A stretch of 64,000 bases of DNA. Origin: an uncultured Nitrospiraceae bacterium (lineage in GTDB: Bacteria > Nitrospirota > Nitrospiria > Nitrospirales > Nitrospiraceae). The stretch is from NCBI GenBank assembly GCA_963706325.1, contig CAVPLT010000006.1:32001-96000 (forward strand). The letters are read 5' to 3'. The translations under genes and the position numbers were made by a program. The notes under the pieces were generated by a model that was given only the letters and a program-made list of their open reading frames with translations, was not told the DNA's origin and searched no databases. Below are positions 29,428-39,040 of this stretch, in pieces (position 1 is the first letter of the stretch; each line of letters begins with the position of its first letter).

Positions 29428-29430
29428 ACT

Positions 29431-30639
29431 ATGCCGACTGCGCAACCCGATCAGACTTTGATTACATCCGACGCATCACTGGAGGCTCTCTGCGACCGCC
29501 TTGAGGCCAGCTCGGTCATCGCCATCGATACTGAGTTCATGGGCGAAGAACACTTCACTCCACGCTTGGAATTGATCCAAGTCGCCGCAGAGGGCGTGGG
29601 GGCGGTTATCGACTTTCCCGCGGTGCAGGACACCACGCACATCGCACGCTTCTGGGAAATCCTCTGTGACAGCCGCATTGAAAAAGTGCTGCATGCAGGG
29701 CGCCAGGATCTTGAACTGTTCGCCCATCATGCGGAACGCTTGCCGAAACCTTTTTTTGATACTCAGATTGCGGCAGCCATGGTCGGCTATGGCGCGCAAA
29801 CCGCCTATGCCAACTTGGTACAGCGCGTCCAGGGCGTCAAACTCGACAAGGCCCATACGTTTACGAATTGGAGTCAGCGCCCTTTAAGCCACGAACAGCT
29901 GGTCTACGCCCTGGATGACGTGACCTACCTCCTTCCTATCCACAAGCATCTTCGTCAAAAACTGACCGTCATGGGTCGGCTGGATTGGGTGGATGAGGAG
30001 TTTTCGCGCCTGGAAGTCTCACTGGGGGCGCAAGCGCGCGACCCTCTGGAACGGTATCAGCGGATTCGCGGATGGGAGAGTCTCAAGCCCCGCGCCGCCG
30101 GTGTCCTGCGCGATCTTGCAGCCTGGCGGGAAGGGGAAGCCCGGCGGCGGAATGTGCCGAGGGGACGAGTCATGCGTGACGAAGTGCTGGTGCAGTTGGC
30201 CCGGCAGACGCCCCGCACGCTCGATCAGCTCCGTGGCATACGCGGCATGTATTCGTCTGAGGTGGAACGCAATGGTCAGGCTCTTCTCATGACCATGCAG
30301 CAGGCGTTGGCGCGACCCGAATCCGAATGGCCTGAGGTTCCCCGCGATCGAAAACCAGATCCTGAATCCACCGGCGTAATGGAGCTCCTTCAGTCCGTGT
30401 TAAAGTCCAGAGCCGCCGTGGAAAACATCGCTTCGACCTTGATCGCTACCACCGGCGACCTACAAGCTCTGGTCGAACGCACCTCGCCGGATCCAGAACT
30501 CGATATTCCGGTGTTACGCGGATGGCGCCGTCAGCTCGTGGGGGAAACGCTGCTCAGCGTCTTGGCAGGCGATTTGAAAGTGTGGATCGACCCGCAACTG
30601 GGCAAAGTTCGATTCGGTCGCCTCGATCGTCCTACGTAA
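29431..30639 (+). CDS. rnd: Ribonuclease D
   Basis: IAIDTEF, LHAGRQDL, FDTQIAA, WSQRPL…YALDDV motifs and an HRDC domain. Confidence 0.93.
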   Translation: MPTAQPDQTLITSDASLEALCDRLEASSVIAIDTEFMGEEHFTPRLELIQVAAEGVGAVIDFPAVQDTTHIARFWEILCDSRIEKVLHAGRQDLELFAHHAERLPKPFFDTQIAAAMVGYGAQTAYANLVQRVQGVKLDKAHTFTNWSQRPLSHEQLVYALDDVTYLLPIHKHLRQKLTVMGRLDWVDEEFSRLEVSLGAQARDPLERYQRIRGWESLKPRAAGVLRDLAAWREGEARRRNVPRGRVMRDEVLVQLARQTPRTLDQLRGIRGMYSSEVERNGQALLMTMQQALARPESEWPEVPRDRKPDPESTGVMELLQSVLKSRAAVENIASTLIATTGDLQALVERTSPDPELDIPVLRGWRRQLVGETLLSVLAGDLKVWIDPQLGKVRFGRLDRPT

Positions 30640-30687
30640 CCTCAGACGGCACCCTCTCCGCCCCTGCAGGGCGGCCACACAACCGGC

Positions 30688-30933
30688 TCAACGCCCGGCA
30701 TCGCGAGGAAATCCTGCTCGACGATAATTACGACGGTCTTTCCACAATCCCAGCAGGAGCGTGAGTAACGCCAGGCCGATTTCATCGGCCAACGGAATGA
30801 CGTCCGGAATGATGATGTCGGCCACGGTGAGCAGGGCGAAAATGACAAAGAGCGAAGGGAACCGCAGATTGAGTCGATTCAGTACACGCCCGACGAAAGA
30901 CACCCGATTCACAGAACTAAACGTAGGCCTCAA
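30688..30933 (-). CDS. Small hypothetical membrane protein
   Basis: LRFPSLF…DIIIPDVIPLADEIGL hydrophobic hairpin. Confidence 0.7.
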   Translation of the reverse strand: MRPTFSSVNRVSFVGRVLNRLNLRFPSLFVIFALLTVADIIIPDVIPLADEIGLALLTLLLGLWKDRRNYRRAGFPRDAGR

Positions 30934-30978
30934 CTCAATTCTCCATCCTTTTGCGCCGACACTCCAACCCCGCCGTCT

Positions 30979-31329
30979 TTATAGCAGCTTCCTGATCGTA
31001 TCGGCCGGTCTCGCCAACATGGCCAGGTCTCCTTTTTCCACGAGCGGGCGCTGAATCAAGTCCGGGTGCTTGATCATCAGATCGAGCAGTTCATCATCGC
31101 TCAGCTTGTCGTTCGCAAGCTTGAGGGACTTGTACAGATCTTCCTTGGTGCGCAGAACATCCCGTACCGCAAGCCCCGCCTTTCTGATGACCGATTTCAG
31201 GAGACTCTTGGTAAACGGCTGCTCATAATAATTGACGGCAGTAAACGGCTGTCCGCTTTCCCGCGCCAGACGAACCGCTTCACGACAGGTTGAGCAGGTG
31301 GGTTTTTGATAAATCGTGATTTCCGCCAT
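30979..31329 (-). CDS. ArsC/Spx-family protein
   Basis: CSTC motif and HPDLIQRP. Confidence 0.88.
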   Translation of the reverse strand: MAEITIYQKPTCSTCREAVRLARESGQPFTAVNYYEQPFTKSLLKSVIRKAGLAVRDVLRTKEDLYKSLKLANDKLSDDELLDLMIKHPDLIQRPLVEKGDLAMLARPADTIRKLL

Positions 31330-31424
31330 ATCCCTCGTCTCTCCTTCCGCATAGGCTCCCTTGACGCAATTTTTTCACCTGTGTTACATCACTGCTTTAG
31401 CCATCAGCACAGAATCGATTCTCT

Positions 31425-31802
31425 ATGCCGACCTACGGAACCGACACCAGCGACCAGGCAGGAAAATTCTCTTGCGCCTCAACAGCTCAACGTACCTTGA
31501 AAGACCTGCGTACCAAACGCAAGGGGCAACCAGTCTTCGTGGTGGGTCACCGGCTGGATCGGAAGGGCAGGGAAGCTACGTTCGAGCTCTTCAACGACCG
31601 TCTGGCAATCATCCGTTTCGAGGACAATGCTCGGCTGGGCTACGATCCTCTGGAACTCTTGTTACCAACCGATATCGATGAGCAAGGAGTGGCATATTTC
31701 GAAATTCGCTCCTGCCGACTGTGTGAACAACTCTTCCCCCTCACGGCCGACGAATGCGACTCCGAACAAGAACCGACGTGCTGCCCGGACTGCGCCTCCT
31801 AA
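31425..31802 (+). CDS. Hypothetical protein with C-terminal zinc-ribbon-like motif
   Basis: CRLC…CCPDC. Confidence 0.65.
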   Translation: MPTYGTDTSDQAGKFSCASTAQRTLKDLRTKRKGQPVFVVGHRLDRKGREATFELFNDRLAIIRFEDNARLGYDPLELLLPTDIDEQGVAYFEIRSCRLCEQLFPLTADECDSEQEPTCCPDCAS

Positions 31803-31889
31803 AATATAGTCTTTAATCCCCTCGATCCGGATGTCTTGGCAACGGGGAGCAGGATCCGTGGAGCGAAACCTGTACTTCCGACACCCCGA

Positions 31890-32273
31890 TTAATCCACCA
31901 TTGGCGCAATCTCCACGGCTTTTTTGATCAGGCAATCTCCCGCATATCCCTGCAACGCCATGGGTAGCATGGAGGCGTCGAGCGCTCGCGCGGAGTTCAC
32001 CTTAAAGCTATCGCCTGATTTCGTGCCTTCAAGCTTAAGCGCATGACAGACTTCAACGCTACGCCATACCGGATTGCCAAGGACTGATTCGGCGGGCACC
32101 AGTTTCATATCCGATACCACACCATCGAGAAGGGTCTTGGCCGCGATACGTGTCTTGTCTTTGGGTGGATCGCTGATAACGGCAAAGACCGTCACGTCCA
32201 GCTCTGCCCACAGGGGTACCGCGAAGTACAGCATGCCCAGCGTTCCGATTGCCAGTGCACGGAACACACTCAT
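31890..32273 (-). CDS. Hypothetical exported protein
   Basis: Signal peptide ending PLWA and a GAGG RBS. Confidence 0.7.
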   Translation of the reverse strand: MSVFRALAIGTLGMLYFAVPLWAELDVTVFAVISDPPKDKTRIAAKTLLDGVVSDMKLVPAESVLGNPVWRSVEVCHALKLEGTKSGDSFKVNSARALDASMLPMALQGYAGDCLIKKAVEIAPMVD

Positions 32274-32276
32274 TCA

Positions 32277-32549
32277 TTACCTCTTTGTCGCTTGAGGATG
32301 GTCGGAAGGGATGTTCTCGACAGGCTTCAGGGAACGGCCTTGCGGATCCAGATGACCGTTCACAGTGGGACCCCCATGGCTGAGCGTACTGCTGCCCGGC
32401 CGCGGCGCTCCCGATGAAACACCCGACTGCTCCAGATTCGCCGAGCGATCGTCTCTCCAAAGTATCAACAGGCCCACTACCAAGACCAACAATCCGAACA
32501 CGAGAAGGATCCTCGCCAATCCCGTCACGTTCACCTCATATTCACACAT
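32277..32549 (-). CDS. Hypothetical single-TM protein
   Basis: N-terminal hydrophobic helix; stop abuts the next gene. Start uncertain. Confidence 0.55.
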   Translation of the reverse strand: MCEYEVNVTGLARILLVFGLLVLVVGLLILWRDDRSANLEQSGVSSGAPRPGSSTLSHGGPTVNGHLDPQGRSLKPVENIPSDHPQATKR

Positions 32550-32716
32550 GCCATGTGGAGGTCAGTATGCCAAGGGGATCTGATCAATTCAAGGCGAGGG
32601 CTGAGTCGTTATCATAGATCATGGTAAGCTGGCTCCAGGGTAACTGCCACCGACTCGTGCAGAAGTGGCTCAATCGTGACTGCTGCGAGTAGGCAGAGAG
32701 AGAGGGGAGAGACGTT

Positions 32717-33850
32717 ATGCCGCATGATTTTATGCCGGGCCTGGCCGGTGTTCCAGCCGCAAAATCGGCGATCAGTGATGTCGACGGAGAGCGGGGGGTG
32801 CTCGAGTATCGAGGCATCTGCGTGGAAGAGCTGTGCCAGCAGTCGTCATTTCTGGAGACCAGCTACCTTTTGCTTTTTGGCCGCCTACCGACGGCGACCG
32901 AGCTCGCTCAATGGGTTCAGGATGTGACCCACCATCGCCGCATTAAATTTCGCATCGTCGATTTGTTGAAAGTGCTGCCCGAACATGGGCATCCCATGGA
33001 TGCCCTGCAGGCGGCCGTCGCGGCATTGGGCATGTTTTACCCAGGACGCAATGTGAAAGACGTCGAAAACAATTACTGGTCGGCGGTGCGACTCATCGCC
33101 AAACTGCCGACCATCGTGGCAGCGTGGGCTCGTCTGAGACGGGGAGATGAGTACATTCCTCCACGGGACGATCTTCCGTTCGCCGAAAACTTTCTGTACA
33201 TGCTAACCGAGACCGTTCCGCACCCCCTCTGGAGCGAGGTGTTCGATGACTGCTTGATTCTGCATGCCGAACACACCATGAACGCCTCGACATTTGCCGG
33301 CATGGTCACGGCCTCGACCCTGGCCGACCCGTACACCGTGGTGGCTTCGTCGATCGGAGCCTTGAAGGGGCCGCTACACGGCGGGGCGAACGAGGAAGTC
33401 GTCATCATGCTGAGGGAAATCGGCACGTCGGCTCATGCGCGTGAGGCAGTGGAGGCCAAGTTCCAGAAGAAACAGAAACTTATGGGATTCGGGCATCGGG
33501 TCTATAGAGTGAAGGACCCCCGCGCGACCGTGCTGCAGGAACTTTCAATGCGGCTCTTCAACGTCTGCGGAACCTCGCCGCTCTATGAAGTGGCGGTGGC
33601 GGTGGAGCAACTGGCGACTGAGCGCCTGCAAGGCAAGGGTATCTACCCCAACGTCGATTTTTACTCGGGTATTGTCTATGACAAGATGGGCATCGAGGTG
33701 GATCTGTTCACGCCGCTGTTTGCCATGGCGCGGGTGAGCGGCTGGCTGGCACATTGGCTGGAACAGTTACGGGAAAATAAACTCTACCGGCCTGATCAAA
33801 TTTACTCGGGGGAGCATAATCGATCGTACGTCCCGATCGAGCGTCGGTAG
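32717..33850 (+). CDS. gltA: Citrate synthase
   Basis: HAEHTMNASTF, GPLHGGANE, GFGHRVY and YPNVDFYSG motifs. Confidence 0.95.
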   Translation: MPHDFMPGLAGVPAAKSAISDVDGERGVLEYRGICVEELCQQSSFLETSYLLLFGRLPTATELAQWVQDVTHHRRIKFRIVDLLKVLPEHGHPMDALQAAVAALGMFYPGRNVKDVENNYWSAVRLIAKLPTIVAAWARLRRGDEYIPPRDDLPFAENFLYMLTETVPHPLWSEVFDDCLILHAEHTMNASTFAGMVTASTLADPYTVVASSIGALKGPLHGGANEEVVIMLREIGTSAHAREAVEAKFQKKQKLMGFGHRVYRVKDPRATVLQELSMRLFNVCGTSPLYEVAVAVEQLATERLQGKGIYPNVDFYSGIVYDKMGIEVDLFTPLFAMARVSGWLAHWLEQLRENKLYRPDQIYSGEHNRSYVPIERR

Positions 33851-33853
33851 CCG

Positions 33854-33943
33854 TTATTCGGTCCGACCGATGAACCACCACAACACGAAAGACGTCATGA
33901 ACAGAATCCCGCCAAGCAACCCATAGGACATGAATTCCAACAT
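33854..33943 (-). CDS. Unannotated 29-aa single-pass membrane protein
   Basis: MLEFMSYGLLGGILFMTSFVLWWFIGRTE*. AAAGGAG RBS at 33954-33960 and TTGACA at 34001-34006. Confidence 0.65.
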   Translation of the reverse strand: MLEFMSYGLLGGILFMTSFVLWWFIGRTE

Positions 33944-34136
33944 AGACCGAACACTCCTTTCCATCCAAAGGGGGCTACTAAATAATGCCGGCCCCTCCAA
34001 TGTCAAGGCCCTCCTCCAAGCATATCTCTTCGCCCGTTGCTATTGACTTCGTCGGCGCCAAGATTACCTGCTTACTAGCGCACAGGATGTTCCGTAGATG
34101 AATCCACTCAGCACATCCACACAAGGAGGTAGGACA

Positions 34137-34592
34137 ATGGCAGTCGTAAGATGGGATCCATTTCGCGAATTGGAAGAGATGTCCGAGCGGTTGAATCGCA
34201 TGGTTGCCAGGCCGGCAGCCGGCCCGTCCGTAGGATCCGCAAAGGAAGTGATGACTGTGGCAGACTGGACCCCCACGGTCGATATCAGCGAATCGGAGGC
34301 GGAGTATGCCATTAAGGCAGAACTTCCGGAGGTCAAGAAAGAAGACGTGAAGGTCACGGTAGAAGACGGCGTCCTGACCATTCAAGGCGACCGGAAACAG
34401 GAAAAGGAAGAGAAGGGCAAAAAGTATCACCGGATCGAGCGTTCCTACGGACGGTTTGTGCGGAGCTTTACGCTTCCCGATACGGTCGATGAAAGCAAGG
34501 TGAAGGCGGAGTATACCGATGGCGTCCTACACTTGCATCTTCCGAAATCCGAGAAGGCCAAACCGAAACAGATCGATGTAAAGATCGGTTAG
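34137..34592 (+). CDS. Small heat-shock protein Hsp20
   Basis: WDPFREL, ELPEVKKEDV, ERSYGRFVRSFTLP and GVLHLHLPK motifs. AAGGAGG RBS. Confidence 0.95.
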   Translation: MAVVRWDPFRELEEMSERLNRMVARPAAGPSVGSAKEVMTVADWTPTVDISESEAEYAIKAELPEVKKEDVKVTVEDGVLTIQGDRKQEKEEKGKKYHRIERSYGRFVRSFTLPDTVDESKVKAEYTDGVLHLHLPKSEKAKPKQIDVKIG

Positions 34593-34614
34593 CCGAAGCG
34601 GCTTAACGCGAACG

Positions 34615-34646
34615 ACGGCCCGCTCGCCGCGGGCCGTTCTTTCTCT
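34615..34646 (+). terminator. Rho-independent terminator of hsp20
   Basis: ACGGCCCGC-tcgcc-GCGGGCCGT followed by TCTTTCTCT. Confidence 0.7.
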
Positions 34647-34878
34647 GCTACCCATACTCAGATCGGGCCGCAACACGCTTACCTGACGAGTGGCAGGTTC
34701 AACAACGAGCCTGTGAGACGTCCAACTGAACATCATTCTCTGTCGCACCTCCGCAGATCGGCCTGCACCTTACCCGCCTACGACGCTGCGACCTGCTTGT
34801 GCTTCCGCCGCATGACCGTTTAAGATGCGCGGCTCCAGCACGTCTATGTCCACCGCAGCCATTCGAGGAGACCCGACG

Positions 34879-36333
34879 ATGAAGAAAGCTTCGCGCACGC
34901 CCAATACTTTCACATCAATCACGACATCTACCCGCATGGAGCGGGATACAATGGGCGAGCTGCCGGTTCCCTCGGACGCGTATTATGGTGTGCAGACGGC
35001 GCGGGCGATCGAAAATTTCCCTATCAGCTCGCTACGTTTCCCACGGGCCATGATCCGAGCTATGGGACTCATCAAGCGGGCTGCCGCAGGTGTGAATCAC
35101 TCGCTGAATCTCCTCGACAAAAAGCCCGCTGAGGCTATCAGACGCGCAGCCACTGAAGTGGTGGATGGACACCTGGACGCCGAATTCCCGGTGGATATTT
35201 TTCAAACCGGGTCCGGCACCTCCACCAATATGAATACAAATGAGGTCATTTCGAATCGTGCGACGGAACTCCTCGGCGGCGCAAGAGGCAGTAAGCTGGT
35301 GCACCCGAATGATCACGTGAATTTAGGCCAGTCAAGCAATGACGTGATTCCGACCGCCATCCACATTGCGGCCTCAGAAATGATTCATCGTGAATTGCTC
35401 CCCGCGCTGACACGACTTCACAAGGCGCTGAACGGCAAAGCTCGAGAGTTCGACAAGATCGTCAAGATCGGCCGCACCCATTTACAAGATGCGACACCGG
35501 TTCGGTTGGGACAAGAATTCAGCGGCTACGCCAGACAAATCGAATTGGGCATCGCTCGAATGAAACGGGCGCAAACCGCCCTGAGTGAAGTCGCGCTCGG
35601 CGGTACGGCGGTCGGGACCGGACTCAATTGCCATCCAAAGTTCGCCTCCAAAGTTATGGCCCTCATCTCGAAAGAAACCGGATGTCACTTCCAGGAAGCC
35701 GTAAACCACTTTGAAGCTCAATCAGCCCAGGACTCCCTCGTGGAGGCCAGCGGGGCATTGCGGACGTTAGCGGTCAGTCTCATGAAGATCGCGAACGACA
35801 TTCGTTGGCTGGGGTCTGGCCCTCGCTGTGGCTTAGGCGAGATCAATCTGCCGGAAACCCAGCCGGGTTCATCCATCATGCCGGGCAAGGTCAATCCGGT
35901 CATCGCGGAATCCGTCACGATGGTCTGCGCGCAGGTAATCGGCAACGATGTCACCATCACCGTCGGTGGCCAGGCTGCGAACTTCGAACTGATCGTCATG
36001 CTGCCTGTGATGGCCTATAACCTGTTGCAGTCCATTGAACTCCTGGCAACGGCATCCACGAATTTTGCGGTGAAATGCATCGACGGGATCAAGGCGAATG
36101 AGGAGCGATGCAAAAGCCTCATCGAAGAAAGTCTCGCGATGTGTACGGCCCTCGCTCCCGTCATCGGCTATGAAGCCGCCGCCAAGCTTGCCAAGGACGC
36201 GTATAAGTCTGGCAAGACTGTCCGGGAAGTTGCGCGCGAACAGAACGTGCTGCCGGAAAAACGACTTACCCAACTCCTGGATCCCTGGCGCATGACCCAG
36301 TCCGGTGGGCCGGTCGGAAGCGCGGGTGGGTAG
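34879..36333 (+). CDS. fumC: Class II fumarate hydratase
   Basis: QTGSGTSTNMN, GRTHLQDATP and GSSIMPGKVNP motifs. Confidence 0.95.
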   Translation: MKKASRTPNTFTSITTSTRMERDTMGELPVPSDAYYGVQTARAIENFPISSLRFPRAMIRAMGLIKRAAAGVNHSLNLLDKKPAEAIRRAATEVVDGHLDAEFPVDIFQTGSGTSTNMNTNEVISNRATELLGGARGSKLVHPNDHVNLGQSSNDVIPTAIHIAASEMIHRELLPALTRLHKALNGKAREFDKIVKIGRTHLQDATPVRLGQEFSGYARQIELGIARMKRAQTALSEVALGGTAVGTGLNCHPKFASKVMALISKETGCHFQEAVNHFEAQSAQDSLVEASGALRTLAVSLMKIANDIRWLGSGPRCGLGEINLPETQPGSSIMPGKVNPVIAESVTMVCAQVIGNDVTITVGGQAANFELIVMLPVMAYNLLQSIELLATASTNFAVKCIDGIKANEERCKSLIEESLAMCTALAPVIGYEAAAKLAKDAYKSGKTVREVAREQNVLPEKRLTQLLDPWRMTQSGGPVGSAGG

Positions 36334-36504
36334 CCTCCATCGAAATAGGGCCGCGGGCATGACCTGTTTTGCCCTGTCAACCAACGCCGCGGACTGCCCT
36401 GGTTTTTGACAGTTTGAGGACCCCTATGCTAACGTGCGCAAAATTTTGGATACCTGTGCCGTCTGACGGCTTCTGTTTACTAGAGACAGATTGAAGGATA
36501 GATA

Positions 36505-37875
36505 ATGAGTGCAATGGGTTCGGATAGAAGCGGGCATGTCGTAATTGTAGTGGGAGCCGGTCCAGCCGGAATGGCATTGGCCAAGAAATTGACGGACGCC
36601 GGCCATGAGGTGATCATCCTCAATCGCGATATCAAGTTCGGCGGATTGGCCGAGTATGGTATTTTCCCCAGCAAACTCAAACTGCGCGGCGGCTTGAAAA
36701 AGCAGTATTGGGACATGCTCGAGCAACCGAACGTGCAGTACTTCGGCAATGTCTCGGTAGGGGAGGGAAAAGACCTCACAGTCGAACAACTACGTGGACT
36801 CGGCGCAAGCGCCATTGCATTTTCAATCGGCGCCCAAGGCACGAAAGCCATCGGCGTCGAAGGGGATTCCGCCAAGGGCGTGTTCCACGCGAAGGATGTC
36901 GTGTATCACTTCAATCGCTTGCCGGGATTCGGCGACCGTCCCTTCGACATGGGAAAACATGTGGGGATCATCGGGGTGGGCGACGTGATGGTCGACATCG
37001 CCCATTGGTTGATCAAGTATAAAAAAGTGGAGCGCGTCACCGCCATCGCCCGTCGCGGGCCGGTCGAGCGCAAATACAACCCGAAAGAAATCCGAGCCGT
37101 CTGCTCCAACATGGATCGGGAAGGCATTGCCGCAGAATTTGCCCGCATCAAGGACCGGCTAGCCGCAGTCGGTCAGAACGCCGACGAAGTGCTGGCAAGC
37201 ATGACCGCTGAATTCACCAAGTGCGAAGCGACGGGAAGCTCCTCCAAGATGGGGTTTCGATTCTTGGCCTCGCCGAAGCGAGTGTTGGTCGACGCCAACA
37301 ATCGCGTGCGCGCACTCGAGATGGAAGAGAACAAATTGGAACCGAAAGGTGACGACACCGCCGCAGTTGGACTCAAACAATTGTACGAGTTTCCCATCGA
37401 CAGCGTCGTGTTTGCCGTGGGCGATCGGGTCGATGAGACCGTCGGTCTGCCTTACAAGAACGGCGTGTATGTCACCAATCCCAACAAGACCGGCAACGAT
37501 CCTGATGACGCGCTCTTTCAAGCCTACGATGAAAAATCGGGCAAGGTCATCGATGGCCTATTTCTGACCGGCTGGGCGCGTAAGGCGAGCGAAGGTCTCG
37601 TGGGTATCGCAAAGCGCGATGGGGACTGGTGCGCCGAAGTGATCGGCCGTTACCTGGCAACCAGCACGTCACAACCTTGCGCGAAGATGCCCGACGTCGT
37701 CGCCAAACTGCAGACTCTCCTAAAGGAAAGAAAGAGTCAGCCGGTCGATCTTGACGGTCTCAAAGTCTTGGATGCCGTCGAGAAAACACATGCCGGTTCT
37801 TCGGACGCTATCGGCGAGTTCAAGTTCGCGGCGAACGCCGACATGTTGGCCCATATTGAGCGCGGGCGCAGATAG
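36505..37875 (+). CDS. FAD-dependent oxidoreductase (ferredoxin-NADP+ reductase / adrenodoxin-reductase-like)
   Basis: GAGPAG, GGLAEYGI, GVGDVMVD and TGW motifs. Confidence 0.8.
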   Translation: MSAMGSDRSGHVVIVVGAGPAGMALAKKLTDAGHEVIILNRDIKFGGLAEYGIFPSKLKLRGGLKKQYWDMLEQPNVQYFGNVSVGEGKDLTVEQLRGLGASAIAFSIGAQGTKAIGVEGDSAKGVFHAKDVVYHFNRLPGFGDRPFDMGKHVGIIGVGDVMVDIAHWLIKYKKVERVTAIARRGPVERKYNPKEIRAVCSNMDREGIAAEFARIKDRLAAVGQNADEVLASMTAEFTKCEATGSSSKMGFRFLASPKRVLVDANNRVRALEMEENKLEPKGDDTAAVGLKQLYEFPIDSVVFAVGDRVDETVGLPYKNGVYVTNPNKTGNDPDDALFQAYDEKSGKVIDGLFLTGWARKASEGLVGIAKRDGDWCAEVIGRYLATSTSQPCAKMPDVVAKLQTLLKERKSQPVDLDGLKVLDAVEKTHAGSSDAIGEFKFAANADMLAHIERGRR

Positions 37876-37889
37876 CCGCTGGCGCTTTC

Positions 37890-38750
37890 TCACCCGTCTC
37901 CCCATTTTAACTTCTCACGCAACACTTCATAATAACTGCTCTCGGGAAAACGGATTAGCCGAGTCAAGTGTTCGGACGCCTTGATTTCGACGGTGTCCCC
38001 CTGCGACATCGCAACCCCGACTTGGCCATCCAGTGTGGCCATGGCCCCGTCGTCTTTGCTGGTCAACACCACCTCAATTTCGGCATTGGCAGGGACTATC
38101 AACGGACGGTGGGTCAGAGTATGCGGACAGACAGGCGTAAGGATCAAAGACTGAACGGCCGGATTAATGATGGGGCCGCCCGCAGAGAGGGAGTACGCCG
38201 TCGATCCGGTTGGGGTACTAATGATCAGCCCGTCTCCTCGAAGGTTCGTCACGAACTGTCCCTGAAGGGCAATTTTTAGTTCGATCATGCGAGCGAGGGT
38301 CCCCTTGCTGATCACCACGTCATTGAGGACTACCCCGCGCGCCACAGTTTCGCCATGTCGATGCACGTGGGTCTTCAGCATGAGCCGCTCGTCGACCACA
38401 TAGTCGTTGGCGAACATGCGTTCGAGCGATGGATACAAATTCTCAAGCAGGACTTCGGTCAAGAACCCGAGGCCGCCCATGTTCACACCGAGAATAGGGA
38501 TCCCTCGCTCTCCAGCCAATCGCGCGGCGTTGAGCATCGTGCCGTCGCCGCCCAGCACGAGCAACACATCAGCCTTGGCCGCCAATTGAGTCTTCTGGAA
38601 TCCACCCTGCTCGCCGAGCAACGTCGTCGCCGTGGTATCGAGGAGTACATCAATGCTGCGAGAACGTAGCCACGTAACCACGGCCTGCACAGTCGATTTG
38701 ACTTCAGGGAATTTTGGTTTCGTCAGAATGCCGATGCTTTTGCTTTTCAT
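37890..38750 (-). CDS. nadK: NAD kinase
   Basis: GGDGT, LGFL, LND and TPTGSTAYSLSAGG motifs. Confidence 0.95.
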   Translation of the reverse strand: MKSKSIGILTKPKFPEVKSTVQAVVTWLRSRSIDVLLDTTATTLLGEQGGFQKTQLAAKADVLLVLGGDGTMLNAARLAGERGIPILGVNMGGLGFLTEVLLENLYPSLERMFANDYVVDERLMLKTHVHRHGETVARGVVLNDVVISKGTLARMIELKIALQGQFVTNLRGDGLIISTPTGSTAYSLSAGGPIINPAVQSLILTPVCPHTLTHRPLIVPANAEIEVVLTSKDDGAMATLDGQVGVAMSQGDTVEIKASEHLTRLIRFPESSYYEVLREKLKWGDG

Positions 38751-38802
38751 AATTGATGAAACTGCGGCGGTGATCAGATGAGAGGTAGCCGAAAGGTGGA
38801 GG

Positions 38803-38832
38803 ATTGTATCGGGATGATTCTTAGGCTGTCAA
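38803..38832 (-). promoter_or_regulatory. Sigma-70-like promoter of nadK
   Basis: TTGACA-N18-TACAAT on the minus strand. Confidence 0.6.
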
Positions 38833-38922
38833 ACAAGACACCTGAGACAGAGAAACCATGACCGTCGCTGAGCCGAAACTATTTGAGCAGGCCTTCACAC
38901 GCTCTGCGTTTTGTTCAATACC

Positions 38923-38951
38923 TTGACACCCCAAATTGCGCTAGTTAGAAT
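38923..38951 (+). promoter_or_regulatory. Sigma-70-like promoter of clpC
   Basis: TTGACA-N17-TAGAAT. Confidence 0.7.
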
Positions 38952-39040
38952 CACACATCAGAGTTTTTGAGCCTTTTGACGCGCATTTATTCATTTACCT
39001 AAGGCTTCTCTTACAGACCCCATCACCATAAGGAGGCGGG

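Noticed and set aside
34040..34136. CIRCE/ROSE element upstream of hsp20
   Set aside because: No TTAGCACTC-N9-GAGTGCTAA and no U(U/C)GCU anti-SD motif. Only a weak GGATGT/ACATCC pairing.
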